A DNA stretch of 64,000 nt. Source: Malacoraja senta (taxonomy: Eukaryota). Location: positions 11,906,001 to 11,970,000 of the forward strand of contig CM075992.1 in the NCBI GenBank assembly GCA_038087875.1, written 5' to 3'. The position numbers and the translations under genes are program-made. Below, piece after piece: positions 51,742 through 64,000 of the stretch. The notes beneath the pieces were generated by a model. It worked only from the letters and a program-made list of their open reading frames with translations, was not told the origin of the DNA and searched no databases. How positions within the stretch are numbered: the stretch's first letter is position 1; each line of letters begins with the position of its first letter.

Positions 51742-53239
51742 AAGCATATGTTGAGAAAACCTTCAACTACTTTATTCTATTGAACAGTCTGATAACCTCA
51801 ATCACAGATGATGAAGCAGTGCACTATGACTCCTATGGCCAGCCAGATCCATGATGGTCTACCCTGATCCAGGGTAACCAAACTGTTCCTACTTGGAACT
51901 TACAGAGGTTACTATGCAAGGCACCTTGCCAATGTCTCTACATCAACCTGATCTATCCCTGCTACAGTGAAAACGACTAGACAGCCCATGCTGGCAGTAA
52001 ACCCAACCTGGGCCGACAGACTGCTCCATTTCGGAGTTTACGAAGGTTAATAACGATACCTTACTTACCAGCGTCTCTAACCCCGGGTCGATTTTCTTTG
52101 TTGGAGCTTCAGTGAAGTTCCATTTGCAGACCCTATCTATCATGCTTGCCATTTCTGTTAGACAGCTGATGCCGCTGGCCAATTCCTCTTGTAGTGGCTT
52201 GTCCGTCCCCGAGGGAACAGCAATTTTAGAGGCAAGAGCACGCAGCTCTTCCTTATGCGATTGTCACACATCATGCATTAAAGCATGGGATCCCGGCACA
52301 TAGTCATGTTCGGGGTCATGATTGGAGTCAGTCCATACTGATCTCCGACACTCTCTTAGAGTGGGAGAAAAAATTGCACCCTGAACCAGGCGTTGCCATA
52401 TGCGTATGCCTCAGACTGTCTGTGCATGCTTCCATAACACCGAGCATATTTTGTGACACCATCTCCGATAGTCTTTCGGGTGGGAGGAATATCCCAACCC
52501 TGAAACCAGGGGCAGGTTGAACTGCCTGTGCATGCTTCCGTAATACGGAGCATAATATATATGGCTCCATCTCCATCACTTCATATATCCGAGTGGGAGG
52601 ATTTATGCAACCCTGAACCAGGAGCTGCCTCCAGCATGTGTGCATATATAGTTATGCACCATCTCCATCATTCCGTTCATCCGAGCGGGAGGAAAAATAT
52701 GCAACCCTGAACCAGGAGCTGCTTCAGGCTTCTGTGCATATATTTTGGCACCTTCTCCACTACTCCTTTCATCTGAGTGGGAGAAAAAATTGCAACCCTG
52801 AACCAGTAGCTGCTGCCTGACATGCCTTCGTAACACGGAGCAATTCTTGTGTTATCATTTGATTCATCAGATGTTCTAATTGAGACAAATGCCCAATCAC
52901 ATCTGCCATAGATGTTCCAAGACTTGGCTATGACTTTGCCCCGACTTGGGGTTGTCAGGCTGCTCCCTTCAGCAGCCGAATCGGGACTAGCTGCAGATCG
53001 GTGCTCTGTTGGTATCATCATTTACCAAACAGATTGCACCTGCTAGTGACTCAGAGTCCTTGCTCCCTTCTGGAGCCAACGGAGTTTTACAGGGAAGGAC
53101 TGGAGCACTTATGGCCCTCATACGCCAGACAGAGTGGGAGAAATACTGCAACCCTGCCAGGTGTTGTCATAGGCAATTACGTTTATATGATTACAAGAAG
53201 CGTATCCCTATAAATCAGAGATTCAACTACTTTATTGAT

Positions 53240-56174
53240 ATGCATATAGTTGGAGTCTCTTGTGAAAGAATCTTCAACAGTCCCCTCTAGTGAGCGGAAA
53301 TTACCATGACACCACCAGATGTAGCTCCCACAGGTGTCTGATAGGCACAGCTCAAACAAGGCTTCTTAAGCCAGGAGCTCTGGACTGCAATGGCATGATA
53401 AGACATATTGTTATATTGCCAAAGAATTAAACATGACTTTAGAATGCTATCAACTACATTGGCTACATCAGAAGCATTGGTGTCAAGAATTAAGCTCATT
53501 TTCGAGAGGCTGGGATTAATCATTCACCCACATAAATCCAAACTATTACCAAGCACAGAAATTGATTACCTGTGTTTTACCATTAATTCAGAACACATGG
53601 CAGTCACTTTGCCAAACGATAAAAGGCTGCAGTTAATTGAAGGTTGTATTAAGCTCATTACAGAGCACCAACCCTCAATTAGGCAGGTAGCAAGCTTGTT
53701 TGGGCAAATTAATTGCTTCTTTTCCAGCTGTACGGTTTCGACCACTGCATTATCAGCATTTGCAGCGAGCAAAGGTACACACATTAAGGATGAATGCAGG
53801 ACATTTTGACAGGCCCATGCAATTAACAATTGAGGCTATTACGGAATTAGAATGGTGGATTAACAATGTCTCTAAGGCTTCCAGACAAATTCTGGTTGCA
53901 ACACCTTCCATTATTCTACAGACTGATGTAAGTGCTCTAGGTTGGGCGCCACTAATACTGTTTCCAGCTGTGGAGGTAGATGGAATGTGGAGGAAGTACC
54001 TTTGCTCCAAGATCAAGGTATAAATTACCTAGAGCTTTTAGGAACATTTTACGGGCTTAAAGCTTATTGTTCTAATATGAAAAAATTACATATTCAGCTA
54101 CAGATTGACAATACTACAGCTATAGCGTATGTTAATCATATGGGTGGTATCAAGTCAGAATCTTGTGATAGATTGGCAAACGTGATCTGGACCTGGTGTA
54201 TTACCAGAAAGATTTGGCTTTCGGCAATCTACCTATCAGGTAGACTCAACATCGTTGCAGACACAAGGTCATGAAAATTCAACGACAATACAGAGTGGAT
54301 TTTGGATCTTGAAAAATTTAATGAAATTGTGGCTAGGTTCGGGATGCCAGAGATAGATTTGTTTGCATCAAGACTTAACCACCAATTGCCTAAGTATGTG
54401 TCATGGGAACCTGATCCTGGTGCAGTAGCGGTGGATGCTTTCTTGATACATTGGGGTATTTTAAGTTTCTGTATGCATTTCCTCCGTTTTGCCTCATTAA
54501 TCGGTGTATACAGAAAATTAAACAGGACTCCGCTTCAGGGGTTTTAGTGGTACCAGACTGGCCTACACAGCCGTGGTAGCCTCTGGTGTTAAAAATGATC
54601 ACAAGGCCCCTTATGATTATTCCTAAGCAGGAAAACCTGCTTGTGCACCATGTAACTGGTGAATCACATCCTTTACATGATCGTATTGGTTTATTGATTT
54701 GCAGATTCTAAGAAGTCCGTATCTCGGAAGAGGATTATCAGAGCGTACTGTGGATGTTATGGTGGCAGCCTGGAGGAATAGTACCCAGAAGCAGTACATT
54801 TCTTATATAAGGAAATGGGAGGTGTTTTGTTCACAAAAGAATATTACATATCACACTGCAGACATTTCAGATGTGTTAGAGTTTCTTTCAACTCTTTATT
54901 TTGATTTGCATTTGAGCTATAGTGTGATCAATACTGCAAGGAGTGCTCTTTCTGCATATCTATGCAGGGAATCAGAACAAAATCCTATAGGATCACACCC
55001 TTGGGTCTGTAGGTATATGAAGGGCATTTTTAAATTCCAATCCTCCTACACCCAGGTATATAGAAATCTGGAATGTAAGAGATGTGCTTATGTTCCTTCG
55101 CCAATGGACGCCTATTGAACTTCTGTCATTGGCTAAAATTACCATGAAGTTAGTTATGCTCAGGGCACTTGTTTCAACACAGAGTGCAAACATTGCAGAA
55201 ATTACAAATAGACAGGATGAAAATAGCAGCAAATGCCATTACATTCTATGTCTATGATTTGCTTAAACAGAGTAGACCTGTGTTCACAGGATGTAAGTTG
55301 GGGTTTTCAGCATATCCTACGGATCCACGTCTATGTGTAGTAGCACATTTATGATGTTACATTGAAGCAACCAGAACCTTAAGAGGTGCAGAATCAGCAT
55401 TCTTTGTCAGCTATAAAAAAACGCATAAGAAAGTGTCGGTACAGACTATTTCAAGATGGCTGAAGCAGGTTGATGCAGGTATTGATACTGACAAATTTAA
55501 ATCTCATTCCACCAGGGCGGCATCTACATCGGTGGCCAAGGATTTGGACGTTCCAATAGACCATATCCTTACGGCCGCAGGATGGGCAAGTGAACAGATG
55601 TTTCACAAGTATTACCATAAGGAGATTAAAGATCCTGGGTTATTTGGTGGTGCTGTTTTGGATTCAGTATTAAGTCCCCCATTATGATAAAGGGGTTACT
55701 ATTGTTGTGATAAATAAAACCATTAACTGATTACATTTATGTTGTGGTTATGCATTGTTGATTGCTTTTATTCATTTAGTCAATCAATGCAGTGAGACGC
55801 CTGGATTTGAATCTATGGCGTGAAATCACAGAGCTTTGAAATCTTCACGTAGTCACTCACGTGACTCCGAAGTAAAATAGTAAGATTGAATGAGAACTTA
55901 CCAGTTTGAAGTTTGATCTTTATTTTATGAGGAGTTACGATGAGGGATTACGTGCCCTCCGCTCACACCCTCATAAAGATCGAGCTGGTAGTTCTAGTAT
56001 TTATGTATCTTACTATCACACTTCAGTAATTGTTGTCTGTGATTTCACACCGCTGCTTTGAAGATTGACGCGTGTGCGGCTGGACGGGCTCTTCTTCACG
56101 TAATCACTCATCGTAACTCCTCATAAAATAAAGATCAAACTTCAAACTGGTAAATTCTCGTTTAATCTTACTAT
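53240..56174 (+). mobile_element. DIRS-A, mirror copy
   Basis: Same RNase H, MT-like and YR fragments as 36535-39450. ICR at 55843-55954, right terminus at 56067-56174. Confidence 0.9.
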
Positions 56175-58626
56175 CAAATCGCCCAAATCTCCGTGGATCC
56201 TATGTGATTTAATCTTCTAAACCCACCTATCATGAAGAACATTGTCAAATGATTTACTAACTACATCTATATAGACTACATCCATTACCCAAAACTCATC
56301 ACTTAATGTCGTCACCTCGATAACCTCAATCAAATTTGTAAGATAGGACCTGCCCCACATAAAGCCACTCTGAATATTACTAATAAATCCATGATTTCCC
56401 AAATGCAAATACCAAATCCTGTCCTTAAAAATCTTCTTCAATCTTACACCCCTGGCTTGTGGTGCCTCTCCTGCTGTTAGCAACGCTTCCACCACCACCG
56501 CTCCGGCCACACCTACCATCGCCATGGCCAGCAGCCCTTGGGCTGTTCCCACGCGGTCCCTGCCTTTGCCGCTACAGGCACCCTGGTCGCTCCTGCCACC
56601 ACAGCAGGCGTCTTACTTGCCTATAGTTTCCCAGATTATCCCGGTCAAGTATCTCCTCCCTTGCCTCTATTAGTATCCTTGGATAGATTCTACCAGGCTC
56701 CATGTCCTTGTCTTCCTTAATGTTCTCCAAGACACACAATAGCTGCTCTTCCTTAATATCGACATGCCCGAGAATATTAAACACTCACTAATCTCACCAT
56801 CACCTATGTCTTTCTCCTTGCTCAATTCCGATGCAAAGTATTTGTAGACTGTGGGTGGGGGGTGGGACACACAAATTATCGACGTTTTGGGTCCAGACCC
56901 TGCATCAGGACGGTCTCTGATGCTCAAACTTAACCGTTTTTGCCCCACAGACGCTGCTCTAGGCGCTGAGTTCCTCCAGCAGATTGTTTGTTGCTCCAGA
57001 TTACAGCATCTGCAGTCTCACGTGTCTCCTCCAGGGTTAACGTCCGGTGCATTGATAGGTCTGGGAACTGGCCGGATCTGAACTTCATGTCCTCCTCTGT
57101 GGGACGTGCCTCTGTACAGCTGCTGAAGTTCTGCTGGACGATGTGAGTCGTACAACAGTTCGATCTTTCTGAGAGCAGGATGCGAGCCGTGTACAGCTAC
57201 CTTCTATTGGGTATGTGAAGGGATATTTATCTCCGTGTAACACGCCGTCTCAACATTATTATACAGTTAAACGTTGTATCTTTTTCTGTAAGAATTACTC
57301 ATGGTCTTCTCAGCTTTACGATTTCCTTCCTTCATATACATAGAAAAGGATCCATTCTCTTACCTCTTAAATAATGTTCAGACCGGATAATTAGACTTCT
57401 GGCGAACACAAAGTGCTGGATCGAGCAGCATCTGTGGAGGGAATGAACGGGTCGGGACCTTTCCGATTGGGACCTTCCTTTACATTTTTAATTGACTCTC
57501 CCAGCGTGTCGTGGTTGTTATTCCAAGTCTCTTTCCCTGTCACCACCACCTTATCTATATCTCTACATCTATCTTTGATTTGATCTTTATTCATCGTGTT
57601 GACTTTTCCTCCCTCTCTGCCCCATCTCAGGGTAACTCCGTTTCTGCACATTCCATTTTCCACACTCTCTCCCGAGCGAGTGAATGTTGTCACCAGCTGC
57701 CGGAGCAGCCCTGTGCACTAAAACTAGTCGTGGTTTCACTCGCACAGTGGTGGGAGTCTCCAAGAAGCCCACAGCTTGCTGGCAGTTGTAGCGGTCAGCG
57801 CAACGTGAAACTGTTCTCCCTGCAATGTTGCAATACAGAAAGTGATCGCCTTGAACTGTGGAAGCTCATTCATGAATACAAGACAATTGTAGACTCAATA
57901 GTACGTGGGGAAAAGCTAGTACATGTTGTGTCCTCAGGCAGTGTGTGGGTGGAACTTCTTAAAAAATATTAGTTTGAAAAGGTGCGCGCTGCACTCGAAG
58001 ACCATTAGTGAAGGTGTGAGTGAGTCCCACATGTTCCGCTGCTGTGTCGCCGCAATGTCGCCTCTGCTTTCGCCGAAGATAGACACAAAAAGCTGGAGTT
58101 AGCGGGCCAGACAGCATCTCTGGAGAGAAGGAATGGGGGATGTTTTGGGTCGAGACCCTTCTTCAGACTGTCAGGGGCTTGCTTTCGCCGACACTGCATG
58201 TTCATTATGGCTGTACCAAACAACGAGAGGCATAGACAGGGTAGACAATCAGAACCGAGAGAGCATAGTTTTAAGGTCTGATCTCCCGGTTGCTAAACAC
58301 TTTAATTCTCCATCCCATTCCCACACAGACCTTTCTGTCCAAGGTCTCCTCCATTGTCAGAGTGAGGCTAAAAGGAAATCCCATATTTCTCTTGAGCAGC
58401 TTACAGCCCAGTGCTATGAATATCGATTTATCTAACTTCAAGTACCCCTGGCATTCCCTTTCTTTCTATCCTTCCCCCACCCAAGTCGCACCAGCTTTTC
58501 GTTTTTCACCCAACAAACAGATAACAATGGCCTGTTTCCTTTATTATCGTTAGTTTTTTGCATATATTTCATTCATTGTTCTTTATCTCTACATCATAGT
58601 CCATATCTCACATTTTCTGTAAGAAA

Positions 58627-58657
58627 CTGAAGATGGGTCTTGACCCGAAACGTCACC
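58627..58657 (+). ncRNA. Minimal type I hammerhead ribozyme motif (mirror of 34061-34091)
   Basis: CTGAAGA-T-GGGTCTTGACCC-GAAAC-GTC-ACC. Confidence 0.65.
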
Positions 58658-61600
58658 CAATCCTTCTCTCCGGAGATGCTACCTGTCCCGCTGAGTTGCT
58701 CCAGCTTTTTGTGTAGATAGCTTTAAGGTGAGCGGGCAAAAGTTCATAGAGAAGTTTAAAGAAGATGCGCGGGATAAGTTGTTTAACAGTGTGTTGGGTG
58801 TCTGGAACGTTGCTGCCAGGACTGGTGGTGGAGGCAGATACAATTGTGGTGTTTAGGAGGTTTTTAGATAGGCTCATGGTTATGCAGGGAATACAGGGAT
58901 ATGCATCGTGCAGACATGCTCTATGTTCTATGACCATGGGAAGCGGCTTCAGCAGGTTTGATCCCAATTGACGAAAATGTCTAAAGATTTGATAATTTAC
59001 AGATTATTGCATTTGAATTATTATGTTGAGTTTTGGAATCCCTGCTATAGCAAAGATAAGTTGAGTTTCCTCCAGGTATTCCAGTTTCCTCCCACATCCC
59101 AAAGACTTGTTAATTAGCCTCTGTAAATTGCCGCACGTATGTAGGGTGTATGAGAAAATGGGATAATATAGAACTAATGTGAAAGGGTGATTGATTGATG
59201 ATCGGCATGACTCAATAGGCCACGGGGCCTGTTTCCATACTGTATCTGTAAACTCAACTAAACTTCCAAAATAATGTTATAGTAATGGTGAGAGTGGCAG
59301 AAAAGGTTAACCAGGATGTTGTGCGAGAAAGGTCCCGACCCAAAATGTTGTCTCTCTATTTCCCTCCACGGAGAACGCCTACATAGATACTGAGTCAGTC
59401 TTTTTCCACAAGGCTGTTGAATATAGAACTTAGGTTTTGATTTAAGATGAGAGGGGAGAAATTACAATGTTTAAATCGGTTTGGACAAGTGCTTGGAAAG
59501 GAAAGATGTAAGGGAATACCAGCTTCATCCAGGTTATTGGGATCAGCGTAGATCGGCATCATGGTCAGTGTGATCGTGGGGGACCGGTGTGGCAAGAGGG
59601 TCCTGTTCTCTGCTGGTTCCCAATACTTTGCTCTGCGGTTTGACTAAACTTTTCTTTTTTTCTATTATTAAATGATAATCGATCTTTCAAATGCATGGAT
59701 TTCCCAGTTCTCACGAAATCAGCTCCCGTTTCCACGCTGTATCCCTAAACTAAACATTCTTACCATATCTGTTATCATGCTTACCACATTCTTTCTGCCT
59801 GTCACGATGTGCTGATAATCGCCCTACTCCAACTAATCGCGACTCTGTGGCTTACACTCGATGCGGGGATCTTGCCCAGCCAGTGTGCCTTCCAAAAATT
59901 CAATAGAAAATTATTCTCTGGGAGAGGCCTGTGGTGTGATTTTACAGGGATCCCTTTGTGAGAAGTGCCAATGTAAAGATGTTAATGGCGTCTGAATCCA
60001 GAAGGTCAGAGTTCAATAAAGAACCAGTCATGATGTCCACTTAACGTACTCGGAACTGACCGGCCCTTCTGTGGGTCTTGCTCATTGACTTTAGTATCCC
60101 TACAGGTCAACATGGTTACTAAAACTGTCAAATACAGAAGTCAAAGTGCTGGAGCAACTCAGTGGGTCAGGCAGCATCCGTGGAGGGATTGGACAGATGA
60201 CATTTTAGATCGTGACCTTTCAAACTGATGGAGTAGTGGGGAGAAAGTTGGAAAAGATGGATGGGCGTGGGGCCTGGCAAGTGATGTGGATATATCTGGG
60301 GGTGGGGTGTTTGGCAGATGAGTGCAGTAAATGATAGAGATGAAGAGGAAACATAAAGCCTGTCAGATAAGAAGGGAACAGGAGTGAATTGTGTGGGGAG
60401 GAGATGGGCGGGGGAAAGATGGAATGAAATGGCAATGGGATAGTCAGGGATGGGAGACGAGTCTTCAAAGGAGGGGAAAGGAGCAGAGTCAAGAGTCAAG
60501 AGTGTTTTTATTGTCATATGTCCCGGATGGGACAATGAAATTCTTACTTGCTGCAGCACAACAGAATATGTAAACATTGTATATAACGGAGAAAAAAAAT
60601 TCCATAAATAACAAATATAGTGCAAATAACAAATATTAATATAGTTTTTTGCAGTGGTTGGGTGAGAGATAATGGGAGAAATGGGTACGCAACAGTGCCG
60701 GGAGGGGCCACAGGACATAGAGAGACGGCAAGGAGATATTACTTGGAATTGAAGAATTCAATTAAGATACCGATGGGTTGTAAGCTACCCATGTGGGATA
60801 TGCTCCTTGTCGAGTGGACTCATATGCCAAGATCACAGGACAAAAGCTGTAAACTGTTGCCGGATAATGCGATATGATATAACTTTATTTATCCCGGGGG
60901 GGTGGGGGGAGAATTGGTCTCCCAACAGTACTGAAACACAACAAATACATGAAACATTAAATTAAAGTGACGAGTGGAAAGTCCAGGATAGAGGATGTCC
61001 AAATAATGGGGTGGAGGGGATTAGATGGGGGGATGGGTTGGAGTCAGTCTACCCCACGACAGAAGGGCGAGGAGTTGTACAGTTTGATAGCCACAGGGAA
61101 GAAGGATCTCCTGTGGGGTTTTGTGCTGCATCTTGGAGGAACCAGTCTGTTGCTGAAGGCACTCCTCAGGTTGACCAGTGTGTCATGGAGGGGGTGAGCT
61201 GTATTGTCCAAGATGCTCCACAGTTTGAGGAGCATCCTCCCCTCCAAGATGACCTTCAATGAATCTAACTCAACTCCAAGGATGGAGCCTGCCTTCATGA
61301 TGAGCTTGATAAATCTGTTTGTATCCAAAGCCTTTGCCCTGCTACCCCTGTACACAACAGCGTAGAAGATGGCACTGGCCACCACAGATTGGTAGAACAT
61401 CTGCAACATCTTACTGCAGATGTTGAAGGAGTGGAGTCTCCTCAGAAAGTACAGATGGCTCTGACCCTTTTTATACAGTGCTTCAGCGTTCCTGGACCAG
61501 TCCAGTTTACTGCCAGGTACACTCCAAGGTACTTGTACTCCAAGATAAACTGCACATCCACACCCATGATGGAGACAGGGGACGGGTGTTCCTCTCTTTC

Positions 61601-64000
61601 TGAGGTCCACCACTAACTCCTTAGTCTTGTTGGTGTTGAGCTGCAGGTGATGCCGCCCACACCACTCAACAAAGTCGTTGACTACACCTCTGTATTCAGC
61701 TTCCCTTCCCTCACTGATGTAGCCCACAATTGCAGAGACATCTGAAAACTTCAGCAGGTGGCAGGAGTCTGCATTGTATCTGAAGTCCGAGTTGTAGATG
61801 GTGAACAGGAAGGGACCGAGAACCATCCCCTGTGAAGCCCCTGTGTTGCTCACTACCATGTCTGACATACCACAGCCTGACATACTGTTGTTGTCTAGTC
61901 AGGTAGTCGGTGATCCAGGACACCAATGGAGCATCCAGCCTCATCTTCATCAGTTTGCTCCCTAGCAGTGCAGGCCTGACGTTGTTAATAGCAGGAGAGA
62001 AGTAAAAAAACATGGTTCTCGCAGGGCTTTCTGGCCTATCCAGGTGAGCATAGGAATGATGGACCAGGTGGATGATGGCGTCCTCCACCCCCACCTTTGT
62101 TTGTTAAGTGAACTGCAGGGGGTTAAGGTAGGGTTTAACCAGGGGTTGCAGGTGACTGAGGACCAGCCTCTCCAGGGACTTCATGATGTGTGAGGTCAGC
62201 GCCACTGGTCTGTAGTCATTGGAGGAGCTGGGACACGTCCTCTATTATACAGGGTCCGGGCAGTACGTCTTCCACATCACAGGAACCCTCTCCAGGCTCA
62301 GGCTCAGGTTGGCGATATGCTGGAGATGTGAGGAGACTATCTCCAGTTTTGTTGATGAAACCCATGTTGGTGGCTGTGGTGCAATAAATGGTCAGTTGAG
62401 TGAGGTGGCTGCTGGCATTGGCCAGGCTGAGCCCAGTGGCCAGGACCCAGGGATGATTGTGAGGAATCAGGGGCAGTGGGGTAAAGAGTAAAATGTTGCT
62501 GCAACGGGATTCCCTCCATAACTGACAGAGACTGATGTCAGTCTGATTTTGGATGCAGAGTCTGACTTAATCTCCATGACATTCAAATATCACAGTGCAA
62601 GTTACTCCATCTCCACCACGGCCCTTCAGAGTTCCAGAGGCTGGCCAAGCTCGATCAGCTGACTGTCCCAGCGACTCAATGCCAAATCCAAATGTACAAA
62701 AACATTTAATTTAGTCCCAAGACTCCAGTTTGAAAATCACCATTGCAGGAAGCTGCTTGCTGCCAATCACTGGCCGGTCCAAATATTATCCCTGAGGGCA
62801 ACCTTGCGTATACAGTGACCTAAACCGATGGAGTTTGATGCTTGACCCAGTTGAGACCATTTCTCCAGCAAACTGAGAGTCAGCAATACATTTGTGGAAA
62901 AGGCAGCTTTCAAGCATTCCCAGCATTCACCTCTTCCTCTCCCTCACCCCTCCTCACAATAGTGACCCCCCTCACTTCCCCTCTCTCCCACTGAACACCC
63001 ACCCCCTCTCCATACCCTCCTCTCAACACTAACTTCCTCACCTTCCTCCTCCAACACCAATCCCCTCCTCTCCCCATACCCCTCTCAACACCAGCCTTCT
63101 CTGTCCTCTCCTGCTCCTCCCCCTCTCTCAACAAACCCATTCTCTCCTCCCCCTTACCTACCTCCTCTCAACACCAACCTTCTCTCCTTTCCCACTCTCC
63201 CTCCTCTCAACCCCATCCTTTCCCTCCCTCCCTTCCCGGGGCCCCAGAGATCACAGCTCCAGTTCCCCTATTTACACCCTTCCCCCTCCTCTGTTTCTGC
63301 TTCAGCTTGTGTGAAATTGCTTTTCTTCAGCTACTTTCCACAGCTTGTTTGTTCTCACTTCTGTTAACCCTTTCCCACCCACCTTGACCTTTCTTGCTTT
63401 CTCCCCACTACTACACACAGTCTGAAGAAGTGACCCAGCCCGAAATGTTGTCTGTCCATTCTCATCAAAGGTGTTTCCTGACCCACTGAGTTCTTCCAGC
63501 ATTTTGTGTTTTGTACAAACTAATTGTTTAAACTTAAGAGTGTTTAATTGTCAAATGGAACGGATGTGAACCGGAACAATGAAATTCTTACTTGCTGCAG
63601 CTTTACAGATACATTAGCTGTGGCATCAACAATGTACAATGACTTATCAGTTATTCTCAATATTTATAACCACGGTGACACAGTGGCGCAGCGGTAGAGT
63701 TGCTGCCATACAGCGCCGGTGACCCGGGTTCGATCCTGACTATGGGTGCTGTCTGTACAGACTTTGTACGTTCTCCCCGTGACCTCGTGGGTTTTCTCTG
63801 AGATCTTTGGTTTCCTCCCACATTCCAAACACGTACAGGTTTGTAGGTTATTTGGCTTGGTATAAGTGTAAATTGTCCCTAGTGTGTGTAGGATAGTTTT
63901 AATGTGTGGGGATCGCTGGTCAGTGCGGACCCGGTGGGCCGAAGGGCCTGTTTCCACGCTGTATCTCTAAACTAAATTAAACTAAACCATCGTGAAGAAT

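Larger units (their letters stand above)
48739..64000. repeat. Right arm of the inverted duplication (runs off the window)
   Basis: Reverse complement of 28693-43476 plus a 580 bp segment (51584-52163) missing from the left arm. Confidence 0.97.

Overview
Repeat-dense vertebrate genomic DNA. The repeat families (HE1/V-SINE-type SINEs, HER1/CR1-type LINEs, Penelope ends) suggest a cartilaginous fish such as a skate or ray; this is inference. The only host coding sequence I can support is two in-frame minus-strand exons (14091-14177 and 2621-2773) of an EGF-domain gene resembling the adhesion GPCR E family (EGF-TM7, CD97/EMR). They are separated by an ~11.3 kb intron made mostly of retroelements (CR1, Rex1/Babar, Penelope, SINEs), with L2 and Crack-type LINEs elsewhere. 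The right half of the window is a large inverted duplication: 28693-43476 is mirrored by 48739-64000 (running off the window), around a 5 kb unique spacer and a 200-N scaffold gap. The arms differ by many substitutions and by separate deletions. At the centre is a nest of DIRS tyrosine-recombinase retrotransposons with well-preserved ITR/ICR ends; one integration site can be rebuilt by combining the two arms. Penelope ends across the window carry minimal hammerhead ribozyme motifs, some in short fold-back units. No prokaryotic features, CRISPR arrays, rRNA or true tRNA genes are supported.
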